A stretch of 63,884 nucleotides of DNA from Gracilinanus agilis (GCF_016433145.1 NC_058130.1:95970622-96034505), one strand, 5' to 3'. Positions 47,106 to 60,899 are shown, counted from the first letter of the stretch. The notes: generated by a model not told the origin, from the sequence alone. Made by a program: numbers and translations.

Positions 47106-50049
47106 ATGCCTGAAACAAAAAGTATTTAATAAACATTTATTGTCTGAGGAAGGCAGTGAGAGAGGAGCAGTTTTTGTGTGGCTCTTGTCTCCCCATGACT
47201 GCCTTGAGCAGCTCATATCCTGTGGCTGTACTTTTTACCTCCTCTGGAGAGCTGAGGTTTAGTTCATCAGAAAAGGCAATTCTGGGGTGAAAGTCATTCA
47301 AATTTAACAATGGGTTGTGAATTTGAATAAGATGCTGATATCACAGCCCAACTTGAAGGGATGGGTTTAAGGGAGACCCAGTCAGGACTTCTTGTCCTCA
47401 GAGAGCTTCAAGGAAACATACACAAATAATTAGGAAATAAGACAAGGCAGCAGACTAGAGTGTTTGGTCTAGAAACCTGAAATCAGTGTGGAAAAGGTAA
47501 GAAAGGGTGGGCTAAGAGAACTGGAAGTTGAAAGTAAAGCTGAATATTTAAGAAACACTCTAGAAGAAAGGAATCAACTAAAATTCAGTTGATTCATGTC
47601 AGTTGCCCGGAAGGATCTTTTCCTAATTAATCTAGTAGTGATTTTTAAAAATAGTAACATGAAAAACATAAGAGGCTTTCTTTAACATCAAGGAAGCAGG
47701 GGAAGCTGTTTACAATGGGATTCCAATTTTATGAATGGGGCCCTGTTTTAAAGGGGCCACCCAGAAAACTATGAAATGACATTTCTGGAACATTATTCAA
47801 ATGTGCAGGTCAGCAGCAGGGGGTTGGGATATGGATGCCAGATTACTCATGGAATCACACTCTTCTAACTACCTTGAACCCAAAGACCTATGGCAGTATT
47901 CTTCTCCAAAGAATGTCTTCCAGCAGAAAGAGGGTTGTTAATTTTCCCCAATCTAACCCTGAAATGAGCAGTCAGCAAAGTTTTCTGTTCAAAGAAAATA
48001 TATTTGCCAGAAATAATTAATTATGTGGACATTTTTCTCTCTCATATTGGTGACCTTCCACCTGATTTGAGGCTATAAAGAGTATTTCTGTCTGGATTTC
48101 TTTTTCCCTTATGCACACTGTCAAGTTTTCCCTTGCCTTCTTCCTTTTCCTCGGAGATGTTGACTGTCAGTATCACAGATCACACACACTTTGGCCAAGC
48201 CAAATGTGTGAGGCTTTGCAGAAGTGTAAAACTAAGATGGAAGAAACTGAGCCAATTATCTGTAAACGCTGGGCTACAAAGATGACCTCTGTGACCGGTT
48301 CCCCCCAAACCGGTGAAGGGGATGGTGGGAAGAAATGGAAGTTAGCAAAGGGTGGAAAAAGGGAACATAAAGGTTAAATTTTAATAGTTCTTTAATCCAA
48401 ATAATTTAAATTTAGGTTTAATTTAGTACTTTTTGCCCAAATAGATCTAGTGAAATGAATATGAGAGTTAATTGTACACATAAAGAGAATTAATCACTGA
48501 GAAAAGAGAGGGATGAGACAGGGTCTGTGAGATGGCAGATTTGCACCTGGCCCTAAAGGAAAATTTCTCCTCTCCCTTTAACCACCCTGGCTCTAACCCT
48601 GTTTTGTTGAGGGGATCTGTATGGTTCCACTACACCACTACATGGGAAGAAGGTTTCACTGGGTACACAGTGTTTTATGTCACTGAAACAGGAAGGTTTT
48701 AAAAATTATTCAGTAACCTGGCAACAAACCACACCACTGATTTTCAACAGTCTAACAGCACAACTGCAGGTGTGTCCAAGGGCCCCAGTGCCTCTTTTCA
48801 GACTATTCTTTGCCAGAACATTTATTAGAATTTATTTGAGAAAAAGACACAAGTTAATCTATTTCTGTTCTTTTCTAATTCTTCCTTTAGCTTATTTTTT
48901 CCTTTCTAAGTAAATGCATTTTTTGGAGCCTTGGGGCCCATCCTTGTTCTGTATGGCAACATGCTGTTGAGACAGCTGATTTGCAGCTAGATGCTTTTCT
49001 TGGAAGCAAAAAAAATCCATTTTTATACCAAGAGGAACATCACATGAACGAGCTCCCTGGGTAAACAGTACCAGGGATAGAGCAGTTCTTGCTCAGTGAG
49101 AGGTATGTCATTTCTCCCTGACTTTATTTTGAGTTTTCCATGCATTAGTCAGGAACAGGATAAAAAATATGTTTCAGAAAGTTTAAGGAAATAAGAAATT
49201 AAAGTTGAGAAAAATAAGCTACAAAGAAGTATCTAAAATTAGTAGCCAAGCATAGCGGAACAACCCCTAATTAGCTATTTTTGACTGCTGAAAAATTAAT
49301 CGACCAATACTTCTATTTTAAGAGTACCCACTCCTTTTCTCTTTTGTTGTTTTTTCTTCTTTAAAAATTAGTCAGTACCTCCTGCTTGTCAGTACGCCCC
49401 ACCTCTCCCCCCCCCCCCGCCAATTGACTAAAACAAAACAAAAAACAAACTTGAAAAAATAATGTCTTCAATAGAGTCCTTGCATAGTCTGACAAAAAAA
49501 CCAATCCATTGTCCCATGTCCAGGAAACATCTCTTTCTGCATTTTAAGCTTGACATGTTTCACCTTCATTTTTGTGGATTTGTGGTTTATCACTGCATTG
49601 CTTAGTTCTAAAATCTTTAAAAGTTGTTCTTCTCTGTTTGTTATCACTGAATTAATTTTTCTAAGTTAGTTTGCTTTGCATCAGTTCATAGAAGTCTTCT
49701 CAATTTCCTTGTATACTATTTCATTCTTTCTAATGGCACAATAATATTCTACTTTATTTATATATCACAATTTGATTACTATTCCTCAACACATTAAGCC
49801 ATGGTTAAGTATCCAGTTCAAGGCTCTGAGCAGAATGTTGGAAGTACAAACGAGGGGAGAATGTGCGATGCAGTGGATAGAACTTGGGATTTTTAAAAAA
49901 TTATTTTTAAATTCTGAATTGAACACCAAATAAAATGGATAGATATGTGTATGTACTATATGTGTGTATATACATAGAAACAGAAAAAAGAGGATTGTAT
50001 GTGAAACTGCAAAATTCTATTATGTGTAGCTTATCTTTTCTTTTCTTTT

Positions 50050-50250
50050 TTTTTTCAACCCTTACCTTCTGTCTTAGAATTGATACCAAGTACTGCTTCC
50101 AAGATAGAATAGTGGTAAGGGCTAGGCAACTGGGGTAAAGTGACTTCCCTAGGGTCATACAACTAGGAAATATCCTAGTTGTATGAAGTGTCTAAGGCCA
50201 GATTTGAACCCAAGTCCTCCTGACTCCTGACTCTAGCTGCCCCTTGTTTT
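50050..50250 (-). mobile_element. Opossum SINE-1
   Basis: caacccttaccttctgtcttagaattgatacc...ctctagctgcccc. Confidence 0.8.
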
Positions 50251-50339
50251 TCTTTTTCAATATATAAGTTCAACTTTGACTTTCAAAGCTGTCCTATTTA
50301 TCTGTTATTCTTTCTGGCCTTCCTTATGATTTCTTCTGT

Positions 50340-51070
50340 GCATTAAAAAGTGCTTCAATAACTCTCTTACTTTTCTTTTTTTTGTTTTTTTTGGCTACCC
50401 TATTCCTAGACCCCTTCTCCTTCCATGTTACCCATTGTCCAGTTGGGTGGGTAGGGAGAATAAATATATAAACTTGTAACATATATGTATAATGAAGCAA
50501 AACCAATTCCTTCTCTAACCATGTATGATCATACATGTCTTATGTTTCATCCTGAATCCATCATTTTCTGCTAGGAGGTGGATAACATGCTTCATCATCA
50601 GCCCTCTGGAGTCCCAGCCATTACTCTGATCATTTTAAAGTGTTTCAAAGTTGTTTATGTTTGCAATGTTGTCATTATTGTATAAATTGTTCTGGTTCTT
50701 CTCCCTTTATTCTGCATCAGTTTAATCAAGTCTCCCTAGGTTTCTCTGTGATCATCCCTTTTTACTCTTTCTTATGGAGCAATAATATGTCATAATCCAT
50801 TCAGCCATTTCTTATCTATCAGACAACCCCTTTGTTTCCAGATGTTTGCTAATAAAAAATAGAGCAGCTTTAATTATTTTTGAACAAATGGAAATGGGTC
50901 CTTTACCACCTTCTTTGCTCTTTTGGGAGTATGGGGCTAGCAACAGTATTTCTGGATCAAAGGATATGAGGTTTAGTGACTTTTGGGGCATGGTTCCTAA
51001 TTGCTTTCCAAAAAGGCTGTACCAAGTCATGGCTCCACCAACAAGCAATGGATTTAGAATTACTAAAAGC
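50340..51070 (-). mobile_element. Old L1 3' end
   Basis: ORF 50812-51048 includes ..ISFDPEILLLAPYSQK.., the L1 ORF2 C-terminal FDPAIPLLGLY motif, followed by 3'UTR. Confidence 0.7.
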
Positions 51071-51234
51071 TAAATTCAGATATTCTTTTAGGTATTTACT
51101 CAAAATGGAACCTAGGACAAATTATTTGATCTCTTTGAGCCTCATTTCATCTTTGAAATGGGGATCAATACTATCTATATAGCATAGCATTATTGCACAT
51201 TGCAAACACTGATTTTTATTTTATTTTATTTTTT

Positions 51235-51435
51235 AAATTAAAACCCTTACCTTCCATCTTGGAGTCAATACTGAGTATTGGCTCCAAGGCAGAAGAGTGG
51301 TAAGGATTAGGCAATGGGGATTAAGTGACTTGCCCAGGGTCACACAGTTAGGAAGTGTCTGAGGCCAGATTTGAACCTAGGACCTCCCATCTCTAGGCCT
51401 GGCTCTCCATCCACTGAGCCACCCAGCTGCCCCCT
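51235..51435 (-). mobile_element. Opossum SINE-1
   Basis: aaacccttaccttccatcttggagtcaatactg...ccactgagccacccagctgcccc. Confidence 0.9.
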
Positions 51436-51489
51436 AAACACTGATTTTTAAAAAACCTGGCTATTATATTTCAAGACATCATAAGTTAA

Positions 51490-52172
51490 AACTGCCTCAA
51501 CCTATTAGAACCAGAAAGCAATGTAAAGCTAGAAAGATTCTAACAACCATCTGTTGAAAAGAACCCCAGAAGGAAAAGTCCCAGGAATGTCATAGCCAAA
51601 ATCCAAAAGTCCCTTATCAAAGAAAAAAGTACTATGAACATCCAGAAAGAAGGAATTTGGGTATCAAAACATTACAGTTAGCAACACACAAGACTTCTAT
51701 CATAAATGAGAGGTGATCTAGGAACAAAATATTTCAAAAGATGAAGAGACAGATTTACTACCGGAAATAACTTTGCAAATACTCTACAAAATTTATTATA
51801 ATTACTCTTACAGAGGAAAAATAGATTTTTAATAGATTAGAGGATTTTTAAGTATTTCTAATAGAAAGACTAAAGCCAAATAGGAATTTTGAAAACATTT
51901 ATTCTATTCTGAGTGTCTGAAGAGAGGAAAGAGACTGGAAGGTTAAAAAAAAATCCACTAATGGAGGAAGAAGAGGGTAGAACTTGATCTTTCTCATAAC
52001 TCATAAAGGGGGTACATAAAAGGAAAATATATACACATGAGGAAGAGGGGGAGTGGGCAGCTGATGATCCTCACTTATCTAAAATGGACAAAGAAGGGCT
52101 GAAAACACACAAATAATTTGGTGTAAAAAATACATCAAATTAACATGGAAACAGAGGGGATGAGAATGTGTA

Positions 52173-52216
<44 letters not shown>

Positions 52217-52560
52217 TGTGTCCAAAAAAGAGGATAATACTGAGGAAGGAATAGCTGCAAGCAAAACAAACTTTCTAATCCTAAAGGGTGGATTCAAAGA
52301 GGACCAATAAGGAGAAAGAAAAGTACAAGAATTCAAAACTGTTCCTTATATTGCTTCTTAGGCAACTGGGGAATGGCTGAACAAGTTGTGGTGTACAAAG
52401 GTAACATAATATGAATGCACTATTAGAACTGACAAAAGCAGCTTTTTACAGGATTCTGGATAGTATAAACTAGTGAAGAGTGAAATGAGAACTAGGAGAA
52501 TTTCGACAATGATATCAACACAGAAAGGAAAATCACTTTGAAAAGCTTAAGAACACTGAT
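51490..52560 (+). mobile_element. Decayed L1 (ORF1 region to 3' fragments)
   Basis: aaagtcccaggaatgtcatagccaaaatcc (ORF1 PRNVIAK-like), and later gggaatggctgaacaagttgtggtg. Confidence 0.6.
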
Positions 52561-53347
52561 TGATAAAATGACTGATTATGTTTCTGCTACACCTATGATA
52601 AGTATATTAGGGACAGGAACAACCACCAACTCAAAAGAATCTTGAACTCGGTGTTAACGTGGCAAAGACTCTTTTATTTCACTCTCCGAGAATGGGTATT
52701 CACGGGCCAGTTTTACAGGTGTTACAGCCAGCAAGTACAAGGAATGGGAGCACACAAAGCTCCCCACCCCTTTTTTAAACATGAATCAGTCCCTTTCCTA
52801 GTTCACCACTGGCTAGTTTCTAGAGAATTATAATCTAGTCACAAGAACAAGTTGATTGGAATGGAATTTACAGCCACAATCATTCACATGAAAGTAAAGC
52901 AATTTCACATGTTAGCTTCTTAAAGGTGGCTAATGTAAAATTCTCCTCAGAAGGGAATGTATGTTTTATAATCTATAATGTAAACTTTAAATTCTTTGAG
53001 AGTAATTTTAGTATAAGAAATTTGCCATCTCCCCAGAATCCAGACAACAAACCTGTTTGGAGAAGGCACCACGAAGATGCCCGAAGAACCTTCACTGGAT
53101 CATGAAGATCCAAATGAACTTTGGGGTGCTGCTGATTGAACTATGGGGAGTTGAATGCATTTATTTTAACTGTACACTCTCATGCCAAAGGGGACTGCCC
53201 CTAATTGGTTTTTTGTCAATGCAGCTAGCAATCATTGGTTCATTGTTTTGTCCTGTTTTCTTTTATCCTCAAATTTCTGTAATTTAAAAGTTATGTTTAC
53301 AAGAGAGTTCAAGGAGACCAGTCTCTCTCTGCTCTTGAGGGGGAATG

Positions 53348-53679
53348 TGTTAGTGGAAATTTGGGGTTCTTTGGGGTTCATTGAGTCTTAATATTCAGAT
53401 CCATGATATAAACTTCCTGTGGACACTTAGGGGACTTGAGAACTACACTTCCCATGATTCATCGGACTTCCGGTCTTACATAGTGATGTGGGCCAACGTA
53501 AACAGAAGCTTAAATAGGGAAAACTTGATTGGTTCGCTCTCTTTCCTGTGGAACAAGCCAGGTGGGCAGAGGTAATGGCGGGGCATTTGAATTAGATTTT
53601 AGCAGGCGTGTGGCCTTTTTAATTACCAATATGGCTTTAAATAAACTATTAAATATTTTGAATATATCCATCTATAACA
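53348..53679 (+). mobile_element. Probable solo LTR with promoter motifs
   Basis: TGTTAG...ATAACA termini, AATAAA near 53640, and internal actacacttcccatga, cttccggt, gattggtt and gcggggc. No clean TSD. Confidence 0.4.
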
Positions 53680-53689
53680 ATATTATTCA

Positions 53690-54480
53690 TCACACTAACC
53701 TATCACATGTTCCTTGTCATGTCTTGCTGACATGGATGTGGGGGAAAGGAGCCTAATCTAGGAATGTGAAACAACTCAATTTTCTTTTCTTCTTACTCTA
53801 TTATATGGGTGTATGAGAGGAGTCCACCTTCTTGTCAGGGCTTTTTCCTCACAATTAGCCACCTCCAGACAGGAGTGATTGATTCGAGATGCACATAGGT
53901 ATACACATTTTTAGATATGGCCATTGTGTGGTTTTAAATTGCTTGATGATGCTTGTTATTATGGGTTTATGTTTTTGTTTTAATAGAGGAAGGGGTTATC
54001 AAGGAGGAGAGGGACTTGGCAATGGTGTGATATATATTCCTATATGTATACACACACACATACACAAATATGTATGTAAATGTGTGTATGGGCCATTGAA
54101 GCAATGTGTAATTTATTATGTACTTTTTTAAAAGCAATTTTTATCGTACAGAAATTATCAAAAAGGAAGAATTTATTTATAAGAAGTTAACCATCTTTTA
54201 CAGAAATAAAAAGAAAAAAGTAGAGGGCAATGTTGTAAAATAGACAAGTACTTTTTTTTTATTTCCTAAGGGTTTGGGCTCATGTTGCAAATAAGTAAGA
54301 CCATATAAAATATCTTTCAAGCCCTTGTAGTCCCCAAAAGAAAACCTAACCAACCACTAAGGACTCCTAAAATTTCTTTTCTCTCTTCCAAAAAAGGCAT
54401 GCCCAAATAGAAAAACTGACATACATTATACTCCATGAAATGGAATTTTGCAGTTTCATATAAAATCTTCTTTTTGTGTT
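53690..54480 (+). mobile_element. Old L1 3'UTR fragments
   Basis: Marsupial L1 3'-end-like sequence ending aaaactgacatacattatactccatgaaatgga. Confidence 0.5.
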
Positions 54481-55713
54481 TTGCTGGGTATATGGAAATG
54501 CTCTTTTTTGATGTTCAGATTCATCTTAAAAGGAAAAAATTTTAAGAAAATACCACCCTCCCAAAGGACACAGCCCCTGGCTTCAAGGTGCTTACAATCC
54601 AATAGATGGTGAAAAGGAAAACATGGGGAATTAAATCTGAAAGGTGATAGGGAGAAGGTAAGATATGAGATAAGACTTGTGGGGAAAGTCACAATGCTCT
54701 AATTAGAAAACAGTATGAAGAACATAATCAAGCACTCAATTGTGTGGTAGGAACAAAAAATTATATGGGAGATCAGGAATAGGAGATCATTTTGTGTTGG
54801 TGCTGTTGGAAAAGGGCTTATGTAGGCGGGAGTACTTGAGGCAGACTTTTAAAAAATGGACCTTGTGAAGGACAGTAAAGAGGAGAGCGTTGGAAACCCG
54901 AGGAACTATTAAGACACAAGTAAAGTTATGTGAGGGTGCTGTGGGGAATAAGCTTATATAGGTATGTTGGGGCTTGACACGGACAGCATGGAATGCCAGG
55001 CTGAAGGGTTTGGACTTGGTCTTTGGACTAGGAATTAGAAGACCTAGATTGGGGTCCTCCTTCTTTAGGAAATTTGCTGGGTCACTAGGCAAGTCCCTAT
55101 CTCTCTCTGGGCCTCAGTTTCCTCCTTTGTGAAATCAAAAGATTGGATTAGATGATTTCTAGATTCTCTAACATTCTCTGATTCTAGATTGCTGGACTGT
55201 ATTAAAACAGATCAGAATCTGCATTTCATTTTCATCAAGCCCCAAACATAAGGGAAGAATTAAGCTTTGAGGGAGTATCATTTCTCAATCCAAGTAGACT
55301 TTTGTCTTGGAGCCTCCCTTCATTGGAAAATCTTGGAAAGTTGATATTGACAGGCATGCTTTCTTTTTGAATTGCACGCTTATTTAGTTATTTATTCAGT
55401 CTGTGTGCTTGCTGGGATGGCATCTTGTGATAAACATCTGCTTTTGGCGAGGGTCTTGGTAGTGGGGGTGGAGAGTTCCTGGGACTTAGTAGTCGTGACC
55501 AGCACACAACTACCTGGGCATCACATATAAAACATCTAAGGTAGCCCTCCTAAAGTTGGAGATAAGAGTCAAAGGCCCAATTCACAGTCTTTTCATGAGG
55601 GAGTGTTTTGCATATGGCAAGTACTTAGCTTTATTTCTACTAACTGGGGCACCAAACTCACCCAAATGGTCCCCTTTGTCCCTGGGATGTGTCAGGCAGA
55701 CTCCTATCTCCAT

Positions 55714-56636
55714 ATAGTCAAACCTTGGTACTCAATGGTTTTGGAACTCATGGAATTTGGTATTTGATGCTTTTTAACGAGAAAAAATTGTCACCAATAT
55801 TCAATGTTTGCTCGGTACTCAAGAAGCTTGATAGAACTTATTGGTGTGGAGATCTCAGGAAGCATATGCCCACTCTAGCCAAAACAAAGGACCACGTGTT
55901 GGTTCAGGAGAATAAAGAAGAGCTCAACACTGAGGGGTGGCAAGAATTTCAAGGGGAGCAGCAACAGCTAGTGGTGAAGGAGTTTTCTTCAGGTGAGGAG
56001 GTGGCAAAGGAGGATGTTCCCATTTCATTAATCAAGGAAATGTGTGCAAAATGGATGAAAGTGCAAAACGTTGTTGAAAAATATCACCCTGATAAAACTT
56101 TAACAAGAAGAACTGTAAATTTGTTAAACGACCAGGCCGCTTCCCACTTTTGAGGAATTCTGAAACACAGACAAAAACAATCATTTTTGGAAAGGTTTCT
56201 TGTGAAGCTTATACCTGGTGAATCTCAAGCAGGGTTCAGTGGAGATATGGGACAGAAAAGAGGAAGAGAAAGAACTGCAGAAGGGCCACAGCCCTCAGAT
56301 ATTATGGAATAGGATTTCTCTTCCAGACAATAACATTTCTGCTTCCCACCATCCATTCAGGTCATGAACTCCTCTCAACACAGGTAAAATTAAAATAATT
56401 TTATTTAATCTAATTATTATTTACATTTGTCTATGTATTGTTAATGTTTATTTAGCAAAATACAACCCCATTAATTTATATAAAGTCTTTCAAAATCTGG
56501 GTTTTCTTGGAGTCTGAAACAGATTAATTCAATTTATATTATGCCTTATGGGAAAAATTCATTTGGTACCTGACCTTTTTCATACCCAACCTGCCTTCTG
56601 GAATGAATTAATGAGTACTACCAAGATACCACTGTA
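55714..56636 (+). mobile_element. TcMar-Tigger internal-deletion element with a transposase C-terminal remnant
   Basis: Imperfect TIRs: TA-tagtcaaaccttggtactc on the left and gagtactaccaagataccactg-TA on the right. Translation EELNTEGWQEFQGEQQQLVVKEFSS...IKEMCAKWMKVQNVVEKYHPDK...VNLLNDQAASHF*GILKHRQKQSFLERFLVK resembles the Tigger1/TIGD1-like C-terminus. Confidence 0.8.
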
Positions 56637-56639
56637 TTA

Positions 56640-56950
56640 GAACGTTCTCTCTTACCCTCATTAAAGCCTAACTCAAATATGCCCCCTCCCTCGGGAAGCT
56701 CGATTCCCGAGTTGGTAAGGACCTTCCTCCTCAGACCTTGTATAGCACTAGTTTTAAAACTCTCTGAAGCACTTATCACAATCATTTTGTACATTACAAT
56801 TACTTATGTTTGTATCTTATTCCCCTACTAGACTGAGCTCCATCAGGGAAGGGACCATATTTTTTCTTAACTCTGTATCTCAACAAGTACCAAGCAAGCA
56901 CTGTGTTTTGGTCACAACAGATCCTTAATAAGTTCTTTGTTGAATGAATA
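56640..56950 (+). mobile_element. L2 3' fragment
   Basis: cttattcccctactagactgagctccatcagggaagggacc...ccttaataagttctttgttgaatgaat. Confidence 0.7.
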
Positions 56951-58789
56951 CTCAATGATTAAGTGGTTGCTTAGATAACAACTCAAATTCCTATTGCACT
57001 TTGTATTAAAAGTTTTCTTCACAACAATATTGTGAAATAGGCTTTCTCTCTATATATATGTAATTATATTCCCATTTTACAATCAAGAAAGTAGAAGTTT
57101 GTCACAGTAAGAGGGGCTTGGGTTAGATAACTTCTTAAGTTTCTTCCATTTCGAAGTCTATGATCTTATAAAATATAGGCTGGCTGGGATTTCAACTCAG
57201 GTCTCAGCTCTGAAGAAAGGTGAGCCCCACCAGAGAGGAAAGAGAATTGTATCATAAATCACTTCTGTGAGTTGTACAGTTTATGACTCCTGTGAGTCCT
57301 TTTCATCTTCCACATGGTCTGAGGGATGAAATAAATGATGTCCTGTACTTAATAAATGCATCTTAACTGGAGTCCTCGTACCTCTTTTACACATATATAA
57401 ATACAAAATGTTTTCTGAGCTGTCCCCAAGTGGGGAATACTCTGGATTAGGACAGTGAGAGGCAGAGTGATAGTAATATTTGGGGATGACGCTCAAGATC
57501 CAATCTCTGTGAGCCCAGAACTTGGGCGCCTCTGTATGGTGAGTTGCCCAGGAGAGTCCAGGAAAGGAGTGAAGATAGGCTGAACTAAAGTGAGTGGAGG
57601 GGAGAAGGTGAACCCAAGAGATGACAAAGCACCAAGCCTGGATGTGGGAGGGTGAGGATACAGACAAGGATAATGACAAGGTGGTCACAGATTTTGCCGA
57701 AGCTCAGCTTAAGTGCTCCCTCGTCTGAGACCTTTCCTGATCCCCCCAAACCTCCTGGTGTTCCCCCCCCTTGAAAATACTTTGTATTTACGCTGTAAAT
57801 ACATTGTGGTTTATGGAACTGTGTACACATCGAATCATCTCATATAAGCTCCTTGAAGTAGGGCCAGTTTAGTTTTAGTCCCTGAAATCTCACCTAGTTT
57901 GTGCTTATTACATGTTCATTGATCTCCTATGGTGCAGGGAAGGGAAGGAGGGCCTGAGACACTTCTAAGTGGATTCTAGTAATAACAAATAAATGTTTTA
58001 TCGATTTACTGAAAGTGTGATGGTGTCCTACAGAGAAACAGGGACTCTTCCTATATGCAAATAGTTTATTCTTGGCTATCAGTGTTTTCTTTGCCTGCTG
58101 GCTCTCCTGCAGTGATCACTGAGATTGTGGCATTGTATAACTCAGATATGTAGCTTAACAGAGAGAATACTAATGTTGAAAGGATATGCTTTTGTGCCCG
58201 TGAATGGCTAAGGGCTATTGGAAGCACCGTACTTTCTCTCAAATACAATCTACCCTAAGGAGAAAATTCATTCTCTTTGGTGAACTCTCCTTCTTCTTCC
58301 CCCCAAAGCAGCTTGGCTTAGCAGAAGGGAAATAGACTGAGAGTTAGAAGACACAGGTTCTAATCCTGACTCATCCAGTAATTGCATCACCTTGGGCAGG
58401 TTGCAACTTCTCTGGGACGATTTCCTTGTATGTGGGATGGCAGAGATGGCCTGGTTTATCTGTAAGGTTTCTTCCAACACATTGACATTCTATGATCTTG
58501 ACTCATCTAGGAAAGAACTTCAAAACAAGCCATCCTTTCATGTATGCATACATTCATTTCACAAACATTACCAAGCACCATATTAGGTGATGAGAAGATA
58601 CACCCAAGATGTGATTCCCACCTTCAAGGAGACAAGACACTTGGATCCAAAATGTTCTGTGTCTTCCCAAACCAAGGAGAAGAATGATATAGTTGTGAGG
58701 GCAGAGAAAGTGTCCCAAAGAGTAAGAATCTACATTTGTTTTAATATACCCATTACACAGTTCAAGGAAGGAAGGGTTCATATAGTTTT

Positions 58790-60720
58790 TTAATAGACAA
58801 GTGTTCCCCACAAACGCTACCATAAAGTGAATGGGTCTCAATGTTATTACCTCCCCCATAAGTGTTCTGTGGAAATTGTTATGCATCATACCTCCCCACT
58901 CCCATTACTTTGCTTAATTCTTCTATTTTGTTAATACATGATCATAAGGATACAATTTTTCTTGAGGATTGCCTAAGCTGCATAACAAATGTTGTCTCAT
59001 CATTATTCACTTTAAATATTATTTCTATGATCTGTTCTTTGATCCATTTATTATATTTCACTGTTAAACCTCCATTTGGGTCTGTATCTTTTGTTTTTGG
59101 ACCTTGAACTCATTTTTATTCTTATTGTATTGAAGTCTGTAAAGGACATACTGATCGTTTCTGCCTTTTTACATTTTAATATCTCTGTGCTCCAGTACAT
59201 GGTCAATTTGTGTAAAAGGTCCCTAAAATTGTGTATGCAGTAATGTAATATGTTAGTTTGAAACTATATATCTAGCATAGACAGGTTTTCTAACATAAAA
59301 CTAGTATATACATATAGAAAATGTATATTCTTTTGCTACTTCAGTTAAAAGATACAAAACTTCCAATTCATTTCTTCTGAAATTTGTTGTTACATATTTT
59401 ACCTTGTTTATCTTTGTTGTTGTTGAGTCATTTCTGACTCTTTGTGACCCTGTAGATCATATCACACCAATGCTGTCCATTAGGTTTTCTTGGAAAAGAT
59501 AATGGAGTGGTTTGCCATTTCCTTCTGTGGATTAAGGCAAACAGAGGTTAAATGACTTGCACAGTGTCACATAGCTAGTATCAGAAGCTGGATTTGAACT
59601 CAGGTCTTCCTGCCTCTTGGCACAACACTTTTAAACACTATACCACCTAGTTGCCTCTTTGTTAGATTTATCAAAAACTAAGAGAGATAGGGGGCAGCTG
59701 GGTAGCTCAGTGGAGTGAGAGCCAGGCCTAGAGACAGGAGGTCCTAGGTTCAAATGTGGCTACAGACACTTCCCAGCTGTGTGATCCTGGGCGAGTCACT
59801 TGACCCCCATTGCCTACCTTTACCAATCTTCCACCAAGGAACTAATTCATAGAAGTTAAGGGTTTAAAAAAAAAAAAACTAAAAAAAAAAAAACTAAGAG
59901 AGATGCTGAAATCTCCCGTCATTATTATATTATTGCCTGTCTTTTTGAAGCTCAGATGTTTCCTTTATGAATTTGAATGCTAAAGCATTTGGAACACAGA
60001 AGTTCATTACTGATATTCACTTGTTGTCCATGGTTCTTTTCAGCATGAAAGTTTCTTTGTTTATCTCTTTTAAATTTTTTAATGTTTTGTTTTGATAGCA
60101 TTATGGCAACTCCTGCTTTTTTTGATACATGCAACAAAGGAAAGTTCATCCTTTTTATTGTGTCTGTCTTTATTTTAAAAATGCATTTCATGTAAGCAAT
60201 AGATATTTTGTTCTTATCCAATGTCACCCTTTTCCATTTTATTGGTCATCTAATCCATTCACATTTAAACTGTGTTAGATTTATATTTTCCTCCATCTGT
60301 CTCTAAAATTATTTTTAAGTTATTATTTCTACCACTACCACCCTTTTCTGTGAACATAGTATCATGTTCTTTTGGTTACCTTACCTTTCTTTTTTTAAAG
60401 GTTACCCATCATTGCCACTGGTTTTCTTCTCATCTCTGATCCCTTATTCTCATGTTATCCCTTTCCTTTTAGGGTTGTATTAGTTCCTCTTCCCTGCTTT
60501 TATAGGGTTATTTATTTCTTTTTTTTTCCTCTCAAATATTTTCCTTCCTCTCCTCCCCTTCAGCTAGTCCTGTTTATTTAGTTTCATTTTTGCAACCCTT
60601 TGCAAAAAGGATTTTTCTCATTCTCTTCATTATCCATTTCCTCAACTTACTCTAGACCTTCATTCTCTGATTCATGACTACTATAATCTGGTCTCATATA
60701 TTCAAAACTTCCAAGATATC
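58790..60720 (-). mobile_element. Old L1 including the ORF2 endonuclease region, interrupted by MAR1 (about 59415-59655) and a SINE
   Basis: ORF 59952-60227 contains SKKAGVAIMLSKQNIKKFKRDKQRNF, the L1 APE-endonuclease KKAGVAI...IKRDK motif. Confidence 0.7.
59689..59888 (+). mobile_element. Full-length opossum SINE with TSD
   Basis: TSD aaaaactaagagagat at 59673-59688 and 59889-59904. Confidence 0.9.
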
Positions 60721-60899
60721 CATTCTAAGCTATCCCCACCAGAACCTTTTTGCCTCCACCTTATAGGAATTACCCTATGAATTCCCTTTTTCATCATGTC
60801 TCATTCTCAGAACAATGCCACTTATTGCATTTGTCAGAAAGGATACTGGCCAAAGGGAGGAGACCCCACACACACACACTTACTCTTTTGCCCAAGCCT

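Noticed and set aside
55689-56153. 154-aa ORF as a functional TIGD gene
   Set aside because: It has only the transposase C-terminal remnant, no DDE or CENP-B domains, an N-terminus translated from TIR/non-coding sequence, and an internal stop.
58060-58270. - strand acceptor (aattttctccttag|G at 58254) with a 63-codon frame ending in TAA inside AATAAA
   Set aside because: The shape fits a terminal exon, but the peptide is unrecognisable and no partner exons were found; chance is adequate.
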